This document shows, in pieces, positions 30,774 to 39,600 of a stretch of 64,000 nt of DNA; the first letter of the stretch is position 1; each line of letters begins with the position of its first letter. The stretch is from an uncultured Isosphaeraceae bacterium (lineage in GTDB: Bacteria > Planctomycetota > GCA-002687715): the NCBI GenBank assembly GCA_964507445.1, contig CAZDQF010000020.1, positions 6,528 to 70,527 of the forward strand, written 5' to 3'. Both the position numbers and the translations under genes were made by a program. The notes under the pieces are model-generated. The model made no database searches, was not told the origin of the DNA, and saw nothing but the letters and a program-made list of their open reading frames with translations.

Positions 30774-31270
30774 TCGGGCTCCGCAGGTCCGGCAAGACCA
30801 CCGTCGGTCGTCGCCTGGCTTCGCTGGTCGGGTTGCCGTTCTTCGATCTGGACGAGGAGGTGGAGCGTGAGGCGGGGGTCCCCGTCTCTGAACTCATCCT
30901 CCAGCAAGGGGAGCCCGCGTTCCGATCAAGAGAGAGTGAGGTCCTCGCAAAGGTCGTGGCTCGCGGAGCGGCGGTGCTCGCCTGCGGCGGCGGCACGCCC
31001 CTGGCGGAGGAGAACCGTCTGCGGCTCGCGGGCTTCGGTCGCGTCCTCTATCTGCGCGCAGGGGTGAGCGGACTGCAACGTCGATTGGCGGCGGATCCCC
31101 GACCGTCATCGCGACCGCCGCTGCTCGATTGCTCGCCGGAAGAGGAGGTCAGACGACTGTGGACCGAACGGGACCCGCTGTTTGTCCGTCTGGCGGACAC
31201 GGTGATCGACGCGGACGAAGACCTTGACGCGGTCGTTGATCACTGCGCCGCCGCTGTCCGTGGAGATTGA
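30743..31270 (+). CDS. aroK: shikimate kinase
   Basis: The in-frame TTG at 30743 is preceded by GAAGGAGG at 30728-30735. The P-loop is IGLRRSGKTTVGR. DLDEEVE and ACGGG motifs are present. It overlaps the aroDE 3' end by 31 nt. Confidence 0.85.
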   Translation: MGDGATGIVLIGLRRSGKTTVGRRLASLVGLPFFDLDEEVEREAGVPVSELILQQGEPAFRSRESEVLAKVVARGAAVLACGGGTPLAEENRLRLAGFGRVLYLRAGVSGLQRRLAADPRPSSRPPLLDCSPEEEVRRLWTERDPLFVRLADTVIDADEDLDAVVDHCAAAVRGD

Positions 31271-31347
31271 GGGGATCAACGGAGCGTGGTAACATCCTTT
31301 ACGTTCGATGTGTTGGGTGTATCGGGCCGCGGCGTACGTGCTCAGTG

Positions 31348-33996
31348 ATGAATCGAATCCTCCCTCACATCATCGCTCTCCTGTGTCTGACGCTGGCCCT
31401 GCCTGCGCAGAACGGTGACGGGCCCAAGCCTACGCCCCCTCAGCAGGACCCTCCCAAGCAGGAACAGCTCCAGCGTTGGCTCATGGAGTTGATGGCGGAG
31501 GAGAACCGCTACGTCATCGCGCGTCGCCTCGGCGAGCTGGGCGGCAAGGGCGAACAAGCCCAGGCGGCCATCTGCGGCCTCCTGTCAGACGAGAAGACCC
31601 GCCCCGTCCTGTTTGAGGGCATCCTTGACTGGATCGCCGCCGAGAACATCCGCTCTCCCGCCGCCGTGAAGGCTCTGCTCAAGCTCGAACAAGAGGCCTC
31701 ACCGGAGCAGCGCGTGCTGGCGTGTCGCGCCATGGAGGCCCTGGACCGCCGTTCTCCCTCCCTGTTCTCGCAGCTGCTGGAGCAGGTCCGTGATCCGGAG
31801 AACGCCGATCGCGCAACGTGGGTGGCCGCCTGCGAGTTCCTGTCCCGGGACGAGCCGGGGGAGCGGGCGCGCCTGTGCGACACCCTCATCGGTGCGCTCG
31901 AGGCCGGCGCCGACAACGGCTTCGCCGAGTCCGCGGTGGAGGTGCTCTACCGCTTGTCCCTGCATCGCATGCCCGACGCCGCCGCGTGGCGTCGCTGGTA
32001 CGACCAGTACTTCGAGAAGAACGGTGCCCCCGGCTTCCGCTACCACGTCCTCGCCGCCAACGTGGCCAGCGGGGTGTTCCTCAGCAGCACCGCCGTGCGA
32101 CTGGAGGACATCGAGCTGTTCATCAAGTCCGGCACCCTGCCCCGGTGGTTCCTCAGCCACGAGCAGCACCCCAACAAGCGCGTCCGCCTGGCCGCCGTCG
32201 GCGGATTGCTGGAGGCCGCGGGGGAGGACCCGAAGAAGCGGGAGGACGCCGCCACCCTGCTGTTGACCTCCGTGGACAAGGACCCGGAGGTGGAGATCCG
32301 ACGGATCGCGGCCCGGGACCTGGTCAAGATCGCCGCCGGGCTGCCTGAATCAGCAGCCGAGCTGAAGGCGCAGGTAGCGGAGGTGCTGGCCAGGAGACTG
32401 GCGGACGCCGACCCGGCCACCGTCCGGTTCGCGGTCCAGGGGATCGGTCGCTGCGGCACCAAGGGCAAGGGGTACGGAGACAGCCTGGCCACCGTCTACG
32501 GTCGCGAAGATCTGGCGGCGGACGCCGAGTCCGGCGCGGCCATCCGGAGCGACGTCATCTTCGCCCTGGCGGCGGTGGGAGAGGGGACCGCGACCATCGT
32601 CGCCGGACTCAAGGACCCGGACCTGGCGGTGCAGCGCGGCGCCGCCGCGGCGATCCGCACGTTAGGGGATCCCCAGAACGCGGTGCACCTGGCTGAGGCG
32701 TGGGACGCCGGCCAGGAAGCCTCGTACCGTCGAGACCTGGTGCTCGGAATCGAATCGCTGCGGAACTTCCGTCCGGCGCCAGTGCTGGCATCGCTGGTAG
32801 AGGCGGTGAAGAAGGGTGACACGGACGCCACCCCCGCCGTTCGTGCGCTCTTCAAGGCCCTCCGGGCCACGGGAGAGCGCGCTCCGGAGCCCGCCGGTGC
32901 CAAGACGGTCTCCGATTTCCTGGTCTCTTGGATCCCGTCCAAGATGGAGCCGGTGCTTCGTGAGTCCATCATCAAGTCGGAGACCCGCGACCTCACGGGC
33001 TCCGTGGGCCCGGTCCTGGTGGCCTGGGCCATCGTCGAGGCGGAACCCAAGCTGAGGACCCAGTTGGTGGCGGCCATCGGCGGCGCCGCTGCGAAGCTGC
33101 GGTTCGCTGAGCTGGAGGCCCTGCTGGCGGATCTGGAATCGAAGGAGGCGTGGTCGGACGCGGAAGGCCTCCTCTCCGCCCTCATCAGCATCGTCACCGC
33201 TACCGGACAGCCTCCGGAAATGGCCGCCAGGCGAGCGGCCCTGGAGGCGCGGCTGGTCCGCGTCCTCAGCCAGCAGTCCAAGCACCCCGAAGCGGAGAAG
33301 CTCCTCAGCGAGCAGATCGACGCGGCCAAGGAGAACCCCTCCTACGAGTTGTTCTACCGGCGCGCGCAGACCCGCCGCGCCCAGGGGACCGGCGAGAAGA
33401 ACCAGGAGGCCCTCGCTGATCTGGAGCAGGCCCTCAAGCTAGCCGGCGAAGACGCCGACCCCAAGGTGCGCAAGGCCATGCTCATCGAGGCCGCCGGTCT
33501 CGAGCGTGACCTGGGCAAGCACCGCGAGGCTTACGTTCGCGCCACCACCGCGGAGCGCATCCCCGGGCCTGACGGCGGCGCGTCGTTGGTCCGCGTGCAG
33601 TCCGGACTTCTGCTCCGTGACCCGGACGCCCTCGGCGGCGCCACCGCGGCCTACGACAAGCTGGTGACGGCCTCCGGCACCGACGGCCTCTCCGAACAGC
33701 TCCAGAAGGCGGCGGCGGGCCACGTGGCCGCGCGCGACCTGGTGGTCAAGCTGGATGCGGGCGGACCGGATGTCCCGGACGTCACCAAGCAGCTCGGCGC
33801 CCTCGAGCTGCGCGTCGCGGCGCCCTGGCTCCTGCGTGGGATCTCCGAGGCCGCTCCGGAGGCCATCCGTCGCCGGTTGCAGGCCTTGAACGCCCTCGCC
33901 TCCGACAAGGTGCCGGTCCCTGCCGCTGACGCCACCGCCGAGGCCCTCGCCGCCGCCGCCAAGGCCGCGGCGGCCTGGTGGGCTGAGGCGAAATAG
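31348..33996 (+). CDS. secreted HEAT/TPR-like helical-repeat protein
   Basis: The start is at MNRILPHIIALLCLTLALPAQ (a signal peptide). It has repeated HEAT-like units (VRLAAVGGLLEA, IRRIAARDLVKI, DPDLAVQRGAAAAIRTLGD). It is Ala/Leu-rich and helical throughout. Confidence 0.7.
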   Translation: MNRILPHIIALLCLTLALPAQNGDGPKPTPPQQDPPKQEQLQRWLMELMAEENRYVIARRLGELGGKGEQAQAAICGLLSDEKTRPVLFEGILDWIAAENIRSPAAVKALLKLEQEASPEQRVLACRAMEALDRRSPSLFSQLLEQVRDPENADRATWVAACEFLSRDEPGERARLCDTLIGALEAGADNGFAESAVEVLYRLSLHRMPDAAAWRRWYDQYFEKNGAPGFRYHVLAANVASGVFLSSTAVRLEDIELFIKSGTLPRWFLSHEQHPNKRVRLAAVGGLLEAAGEDPKKREDAATLLLTSVDKDPEVEIRRIAARDLVKIAAGLPESAAELKAQVAEVLARRLADADPATVRFAVQGIGRCGTKGKGYGDSLATVYGREDLAADAESGAAIRSDVIFALAAVGEGTATIVAGLKDPDLAVQRGAAAAIRTLGDPQNAVHLAEAWDAGQEASYRRDLVLGIESLRNFRPAPVLASLVEAVKKGDTDATPAVRALFKALRATGERAPEPAGAKTVSDFLVSWIPSKMEPVLRESIIKSETRDLTGSVGPVLVAWAIVEAEPKLRTQLVAAIGGAAAKLRFAELEALLADLESKEAWSDAEGLLSALISIVTATGQPPEMAARRAALEARLVRVLSQQSKHPEAEKLLSEQIDAAKENPSYELFYRRAQTRRAQGTGEKNQEALADLEQALKLAGEDADPKVRKAMLIEAAGLERDLGKHREAYVRATTAERIPGPDGGASLVRVQSGLLLRDPDALGGATAAYDKLVTASGTDGLSEQLQKAAAGHVAARDLVVKLDAGGPDVPDVTKQLGALELRVAAPWLLRGISEAAPEAIRRRLQALNALASDKVPVPAADATAEALAAAAKAAAAWWAEAK

Positions 33997-34053
33997 TCCT
34001 CCTCCCTTCCGCCCTTGATCGCGGTGGCGGACCCGCTACAGTGTCCCTTCTGA

Positions 34054-34126
<73 letters not shown>

Positions 34127-34136
34127 CTCCTACACA

Positions 34137-34173
34137 GGGGACATCACCATGCGGTGGTGTCCCCTTCTCTGTT
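34137..34173 (+). terminator. rho-independent-type terminator hairpin after the tRNA (possibly bidirectional)
   Basis: GGGGACATCACC-atgc-GGTGGTGTCCCC forms a 12-bp stem with one G:T pair. It is followed by TTCTCTGTT. Confidence 0.6.
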
Positions 34174-34404
34174 CCCACCTGGCGCGCGCCTCACCCACGT
34201 CCCATCCGCCGGGTGCTGCCGTCGAGGCTCTGCATAGAACGGACGTCCCGGGAGGATCGGGGTAGGAGCCCCTACGGCTCCCGGTCGTCCTTGCTGTTCG
34301 GCCGAACACTGTGGCGTTCGGCTCGGGACACGGGTCTGGGCATCACGGGTGCTGCGTCGGCGTCGTCACCATGTTCGACGCCGGCGATCGGACGGTTCGA
34401 TGCC

Positions 34405-34535
34405 TTGGCGCGCAGGGCGCAGGCCGAGGTTGTTGTCGGCGTTGTCGGGGTCGTTCCCGTTGCGGTTCGCAGAGCGTGCGTTGCGGGCGTCGTTGTTGAA
34501 GCTGCCGCCGCGGTTGACGCGTTTGCGGGCGCCTT
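34405..34535 (-). repeat. DGR template repeat (TR), about 129-131 nt, starting 32 nt downstream of the RT stop
   Basis: I hand-aligned it to 36647-36777 (offset 2242). Read in the VR frame it encodes ...GARKRVNRGGSFNNDARNARSANRNGNDPDNADNNLGLRPAR with 10 AAC codons. All differences from the VR fall on TR adenines (T on the plus strand). Confidence 0.9.
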
Positions 34536-34567
34536 GGACCCATCTCCCTGAATGTGCCTGGTTCAGG

Positions 34568-35551
34568 TCACGGAGGGTGAAACCAGCTACGTCGCAGGGC
34601 TCTGGTTGATCCATGGCTGAGGTGTTCTGTCACGGACCGGATCGCCGCCGCCAGCTGTTCGTCGCTGATCAGGCCGGCGTCGTTCTGGCGAAGGCGCTGC
34701 GCGACGCGTTTGCGCGTGCGCCGCAGGTTCTCCGGGCGAAGGCGGCGCGTACCGCCGTACAGCCGCCAACCAAGAAACGGCAGTCCGCAGCGAGCGGGGG
34801 CGAGGATGGTGGCCCGTTCCTTCAGCGCCAGCCCGAGCTCATCGCCCAGGTACTGCTCCACCTCCCCACGGGCGTAGCGCAGCCGATCCCTGTCGTCATG
34901 GAACAGCACCATGTCGTCCATGTAGCGGACATAGCCCGGGACCCGCAGGGTCTGCTTCACTCGATGATCCAGCCGGGAGAGCACCATGTTGGCGAACCAC
35001 TGGCTGGTGAGGCTGCCGATGGGCAGGCCCACGCCGCCGTCACCGAGGGTCGCCATCACCAGATCGAGCACGCGACGGTCTTTGATCACACGAGCGATCG
35101 TGTCGGCGACGACGGAGTGCCGCAGAGACCCGAAGAAATGGCGAACGTCCATCTTCAAGAACCACTCGTGGGCTCGTAAAGCGCGTTGCGCATGGTCGAG
35201 CGCGGCGTGGGTACCCTTGCCACGGCGACAGGCGAAGGACTCGTGGATCATGCGCCGGTCCAGGTGTGGTTCCAGGATATCGATCAGGGCGTGATGAACG
35301 ACCCGGTCGCGGAACGGCGCAGCGACGATGAGCCGTTCCTTGGGGTCCGAGATCCGGAAGCAGTTCGGTCGGCCAGGACGCCATGCGCCCGACAGGAGCT
35401 CTCGCTGCAACGCGAGACACTCGAATTCTCGGCGGTCCATGAACCGAGCGACCACGGCGGCGTGACGCTTGCCCTGGGCGGCCCGCTGCGCCGCCCGCAG
35501 CAGGTTGTCGAACGCGATCACGTCGCGCCACAACCCTCCGACCCGTCTCAT
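34568..35551 (-). CDS. DGR-type reverse transcriptase
   Basis: I place the start at MRRVGGLWRDVIAFDNLLRAAQRAAQGKR at 35551, overlapping the avd stop (ATGA). Motifs seen: RISDPKERLIVAAPFRDRVVHHAL, LPIGSLTSQWFANMVL (the DGR-RT hallmark [IL]GxxxSQ) and YVRYMDDMVLF (YMDD catalytic box). Confidence 0.93.
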   Translation of the reverse strand: MRRVGGLWRDVIAFDNLLRAAQRAAQGKRHAAVVARFMDRREFECLALQRELLSGAWRPGRPNCFRISDPKERLIVAAPFRDRVVHHALIDILEPHLDRRMIHESFACRRGKGTHAALDHAQRALRAHEWFLKMDVRHFFGSLRHSVVADTIARVIKDRRVLDLVMATLGDGGVGLPIGSLTSQWFANMVLSRLDHRVKQTLRVPGYVRYMDDMVLFHDDRDRLRYARGEVEQYLGDELGLALKERATILAPARCGLPFLGWRLYGGTRRLRPENLRRTRKRVAQRLRQNDAGLISDEQLAAAIRSVTEHLSHGSTRALRRSWFHPP

Positions 35552-35964
35552 GAGACCTGCTCCACGGCGGGTCCGCCGGCGTCTCGCCGGGCATCGATCG
35601 TCATGCGCCAGCCATGGATCATGCGACCGGCCTCGTCGAGTCCACGCATGGCTGCCTCGAATCCGCGTGTCGGCATCACCTGGGCGTCCCGAGCGATGCG
35701 ACACAGGAAACGCATGCGCTCCATGCACAGGTTCACCTGGCGTAGGCTGCGTTCGCGTTCCCGTGGTTCATAACGAGACACCACCAGTCCCTCGACGACG
35801 TCGAGCGCGAGGTTCTCCACCCGTTGCGCCAGGGTGAAGCGGGCCGACTTGGGCCACTTTCGGGTGTGGTCGAGGAGCCATCCGGTGAAGCGTTCCCAAT
35901 GCTGCGCCACCAGCAAGTCGGTGGTCGCCTCACGGGCGCCCGGACGCCCGAGAGGAGCGCTCAC
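35548..35964 (-). CDS. avd: Avd-like DGR accessory variability determinant (four-helix-bundle, 23S rRNA intervening-sequence protein family)
   Basis: The GTG at 35964 overlaps the HRDC gene stop (GTGA). The 138-aa product reads ...HWERFTGWLLDHTRKWPKSARFTLAQRVENLALDVVEGLVVSRY....LRQVNLCMERMRFLCRIARDAQVMPTRGFEAAMRGLDEAGRMIHGW. It is basic and helical and sits immediately upstream of the RT, as in characterised DGRs. Confidence 0.8.
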   Translation of the reverse strand: MSAPLGRPGAREATTDLLVAQHWERFTGWLLDHTRKWPKSARFTLAQRVENLALDVVEGLVVSRYEPRERERSLRQVNLCMERMRFLCRIARDAQVMPTRGFEAAMRGLDEAGRMIHGWRMTIDARRDAGGPAVEQVS

Positions 35965-36521
35965 GACGAGCTCTCCTTCTCGGAGTCCCTGGTCCCTGGA
36001 TCCGCAGCCGCCAGCCTCTCGAGGATCGGCCCACCATGGCGCTCCAGCTTCGCCTTGCCGATCCCCTCGACATGCCCGAGCGCCGTCAGGCTGTCCGGCG
36101 CCGCCTTGATGATGGCGACCAGCTCTTTGTTGGTGAGCACGACGTAGGGAGGCACTCCCTCGTCGAGGGCCTTGCTCTGCCGCCACTCTCGCAGGGTGTC
36201 GAACTGCTGTCGTTGGCGCTCGTCGAGCCCGTCGCGGGGATCGGATCGGTCGCGGCCCTTGCCAGGCCTTCGTCCGCTGTTCTCCGTCGTTCGGTGAGTG
36301 TCGGTCGGCCCGGGACATTCCAAGGCCCGCCACGTCAGCACGCACAACAAATGGGCCACGCCGTTCACCAGGAAGAAGTGATCCTTGAAGGTCAACAACT
36401 CCTTGTCGGTGACGAATCGGTCCAGGGGTGTCGCATCGAAGCCGCCGAGGGTGGAAGAGTAGCGGAGGGTCATTAGTTTCAAACGCATGGCGGGAACCCC
36501 TGCCCCACCCCCGCCCTCCAC
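35961..36521 (-). CDS. HRDC-domain DGR accessory protein
   Basis: The C-terminal sequence LREWRQSKALDEGVPPYVVLTNKELVAIIKAAPDSLTALGHVEGIGKAKLERHGGPILE matches the HRDC (helicase and RNase D C-terminal) pattern. The N-terminal ~60 aa are unassigned. The start may be the internal ATG at 36488 or the one at 36473. Confidence 0.75.
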   Translation of the reverse strand: MEGGGGAGVPAMRLKLMTLRYSSTLGGFDATPLDRFVTDKELLTFKDHFFLVNGVAHLLCVLTWRALECPGPTDTHRTTENSGRRPGKGRDRSDPRDGLDERQRQQFDTLREWRQSKALDEGVPPYVVLTNKELVAIIKAAPDSLTALGHVEGIGKAKLERHGGPILERLAAADPGTRDSEKESSS

Positions 36522-36634
36522 GCAAGCGGGTTTCTGATTTTTTTCCCATCCACCCTACGACATTTGGATCGCCACGTCCCGGCTACGCACGGGACGGGCG
36601 CTCCCAGGGGGGAAGTGGTGAAGTGGTGAAGGAA

Positions 36635-39600
36635 CTAAGGCGTGATCCGGCGCGCAGGGCGCAGGCCGAGGAAGAAGCCGGCGAAGCCGGGGGCGCCCCC
36701 GAAGCGGACCGCAGAGCGAGCGAGGCGGGCGTCGTAGCGGAAGCAGCCGCCGCGGCGGACGCGAAAGCGGGCGCCTAACCAGTGGGTGCCCAGGCCGTCA
36801 CCGGCGCGGGGCCGCCGTTCGGCGTAGAGGCCGTAGCCGTCCAGGCACCACTCCCAGACGTTGCCGTGGACGTCGTGGAGCCCGAACGGGTTTGGCTTCA
36901 GGGCTCCCACCGGGGCCAGGTTGATGAAGCCGTCGTTGAAGTCTCGTTGCAAGGTGCCGCCGCTGTAGCGCCGGGCGCGGGCGTCGTCGCCGATGTTGGC
37001 GTAACCGGTGAGGGACTTCAGGTCATCCCCGGTGGAGAACCGGGTGGTGGTGCCCCCTCGGCACGCCCGCGCCCACTGGGATTCCGTGGGCAGCTCCAGG
37101 CCCCAGCGGCGGCAGGCCTCCCGACTCTGGGGCCAGGAGACGTTGGTGACCGGCATGCGCGGGGTCATGCGCTCGCCCTGGTGGGTTTCCCCCGCCCGGT
37201 AGTGGGACGGGCTGTCGGCACTCAATCGCTTCCACTGCCCCTGGGTCACCTCGTGCTTGGCGATCAGGTAGGCGTCCAGGGTGACCTCGTGCACCGGGCC
37301 TTCGTTGTCGTAGACCTGATCGTCCACGTTGGGGGAGCCCGCGGGGTGGTCCTTGTCCGGAGATATCGCCCCCATACGGAACGTCCCCGCCGGGATCAGC
37401 ACCATGACCATGCCTTCGGCCCCCGAGTCGGGGTGCAGCTTCACCTTGCCTGGCCCCAGGGGTTCGCCCTCCCACTGCGGCCGTTGGCCGCTGGCCACGT
37501 GCCAGAACTCCCACAGACCGGAATCCCGGTCACGGCCCAGGGGCACCAGCGCCGGGATCGGTTTGAACTCGAGGTCGTGGTAGGGGGGCTCGGGACGAGA
37601 CAGGTCCGCCAGGCAGCGGCGCCAGGCCTCGGCATCGTCTTCCGCCAGCCGCCGCTCCAGGGCCACGGCGTCGGTGAGACGCTGCTCCATGCCGGAAACC
37701 GTCACCGTCTTCGCCGTCGGCTCCGCCGTCAGCGCGACCAACCCCGACACCAGGTCCCGCAGCTTGTCGTGACGCAGCTGGTCACCCTCGTCGGTGAAGG
37801 CCCACGACGACTTCACCGCGGTCGCGGCTTCCAGTCGCGTTCGCTCCGCGATCAACCCTGCGACCACCTTCATAGCGTCTTCTATCGATACTTCTGCGGC
37901 TTCGATCCGCTGTCGCAGGCGCTGCAGGGCCCGTGCTTCGCCAGACGTCAGGTCGTCGTTGTCTTCCTTCGTCTCAAGAGGCGCGAGCTCCGCCGACAGC
38001 TCCCTCTTCGCGCCCTCGGCGTCTCTCACCGTCGCTTCCGCCTTCGCCACTTCCGCGTGTATCACTCCCAATCGTGCGTGTGCGGCTGCCATACGCGCAC
38101 GATCCTCGTCGGCGTCGTACGTCCCTCGAACCCGCAGGGCCTTCAGTGCGGCTTCGTGCTCCGGCAGCCTTGCGGTCAATGCGCGTGTCTTGTCCAACCA
38201 AGCACGGTAGGCAGGGATGTTCTTCGGCACCACAGGCCACAGCGGACCGTCGGCTTCCTCCCGGCGGTCGTCGAGCCGACGACCGTCTGCTAGGCGTTCC
38301 CACTCGGTGAGGTGCGCGGCGGCCTTCGCCGCATTGGCTTCCGCTCGGAGCGCGAACGCCGTTGCTGCGCTCGCCCCCACGATCAGTATTAGCGCTGCGG
38401 CCCCGGTCATCGTTGCCAGGGCCGGGTTGCGCTGACCCCACCGAGCCAGTCTTGTCAGGGCGGACGCGGCACGCGCCTTGATGGGCTCGTGTTCGCGGAC
38501 ACGGCGTAACTCTTCGGCCAGGTCCAGCGCCGTCTGGTAGCGGCGGTCCCGGTCCTTCTCGAGGGCGGTGGCCATGACCACGGCCAGGTCCTTGGAGATG
38601 GCCGGGTTGAGCTTGCGTGGGTCCGAGGGTTCCCGGGTGGCGATGGTCTGAAACAGGCCTTGTCGGGTGGGGGAGTCGAAGGGGCGGCGGTAGGTCAAGA
38701 ACTCGTAGAGCACCACGCCCAACGACCAGACGTCGGTGCGGCGATCGAGGGTGACGGCGTTGTGGAGGAGCTGTTCCGGGGACATGTAGGCCGGGGTGCC
38801 GAAGAGGTCCCCCGCCCGGGTGAGGGTGACGCCCTCTCCGAGGGTGTCGTGGGCGAGGCCGAAGTCCAGGATCACCGGGGTGTCGTCGTCGCGGATCATG
38901 ACGTTGCCCGGCTTGATGTCGCGGTGGACGACGCCGGCTTCGTGGGCGGCGTGGAGCGCGCGGGCGATCTGCTCGACGATGCGCAGAAGGTGATCTAGTT
39001 TGGCTCCGTCGGGACCTGAGAGGTCGGTCGCCGTTCTCGAGTCATCGTCGGCCTCGTCGTCCGTCACGTCGAGGTCATCGTCGAACGAGGCGTGGAAGCT
39101 CTCCGTCGCGCCCCCGGTCGCATCCCGCATGGCGTTGATGGCGTCGGACAGGGCCTTGCCCTCCACGAGCTGCATGGCGATGAACGGCACCCCGTCCTCG
39201 ATGCCGCTCTCGTAGACCGAGCAGATCCCCGGGTGCTGCAGACGCGCCGCCACCTCCGCCTCGCGCTGGAAGCGGTTGATGGCGGCGCCCAACCCGGGGC
39301 CACGGATGTCCAAGATCTTCAAAGCCACGGAGCGGTTGAGGCGCTCGTCCCGGGCCTTGTAAACCACCCCCTGACCGCCCTGGCCGAGCATGGCCTCGAC
39401 CCGGTACGACCCGAACGTGGCCCCCACCTTCAGCAGGCCACCGCCCCCTTCGCCACCCACCGTGTCCCCTCGCACGACCTCCGCCACCTTCCGGGCGATG
39501 GTCTCCTCATACCCCGGGGACAGGGCCTGGTACGACTCGACCGACTGCAACCCTTCTCCAGCACGGTCCTCTTCCATCCGCGCGAGCAGGGCCGCCAGCA

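Noticed and set aside
34366-34614. 82-aa minus-strand ORF (…RWVQGARKRVNRGGSFNNDARNARSANRNGNDPDNADNNLGLRPARQG…).
   Set aside because: It is the template repeat read in the VR frame. It overlaps the RT 3' end. Its Asn-rich sequence reflects the AAC-rich TR design and is not a separate gene.
34568-35551. Whether the reverse transcriptase belongs to a retron, a group II intron or an Abi-type defence RT.
   Set aside because: There is no intron RNA domain or maturase/endonuclease extension, and no msr/msd-like inverted repeats. The DGR-specific SQ motif, the Avd neighbour and the A-specific TR/VR pair fit a DGR.
35548-36549. 333-aa minus-strand ORF spanning both accessory genes.
   Set aside because: Only its last 138 codons (Avd) look like protein. 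The upstream 195 codons are Arg/Gly-rich, off-frame to the HRDC-domain ORF, which has a recognisable domain. A GTG at 35964 overlapping the HRDC stop gives a sensible Avd start.
36635-37500. Whether the FGE-sulfatase domain of the DGR target is a genuine formylglycine-generating enzyme maturing the sulfatase at 47257-48852.
   Set aside because: The position where FGE carries its catalytic Cys pair is occupied by the hypervariable VR (RGGCFRYDARLARSAVR; TR: RGGSFNNDARNARSANR). The domain is predicted to be extracytoplasmic and fused to a kinase. FGE-type folds are a known DGR scaffold. The sulfatase lies 8 kb away on a separate transcription unit.
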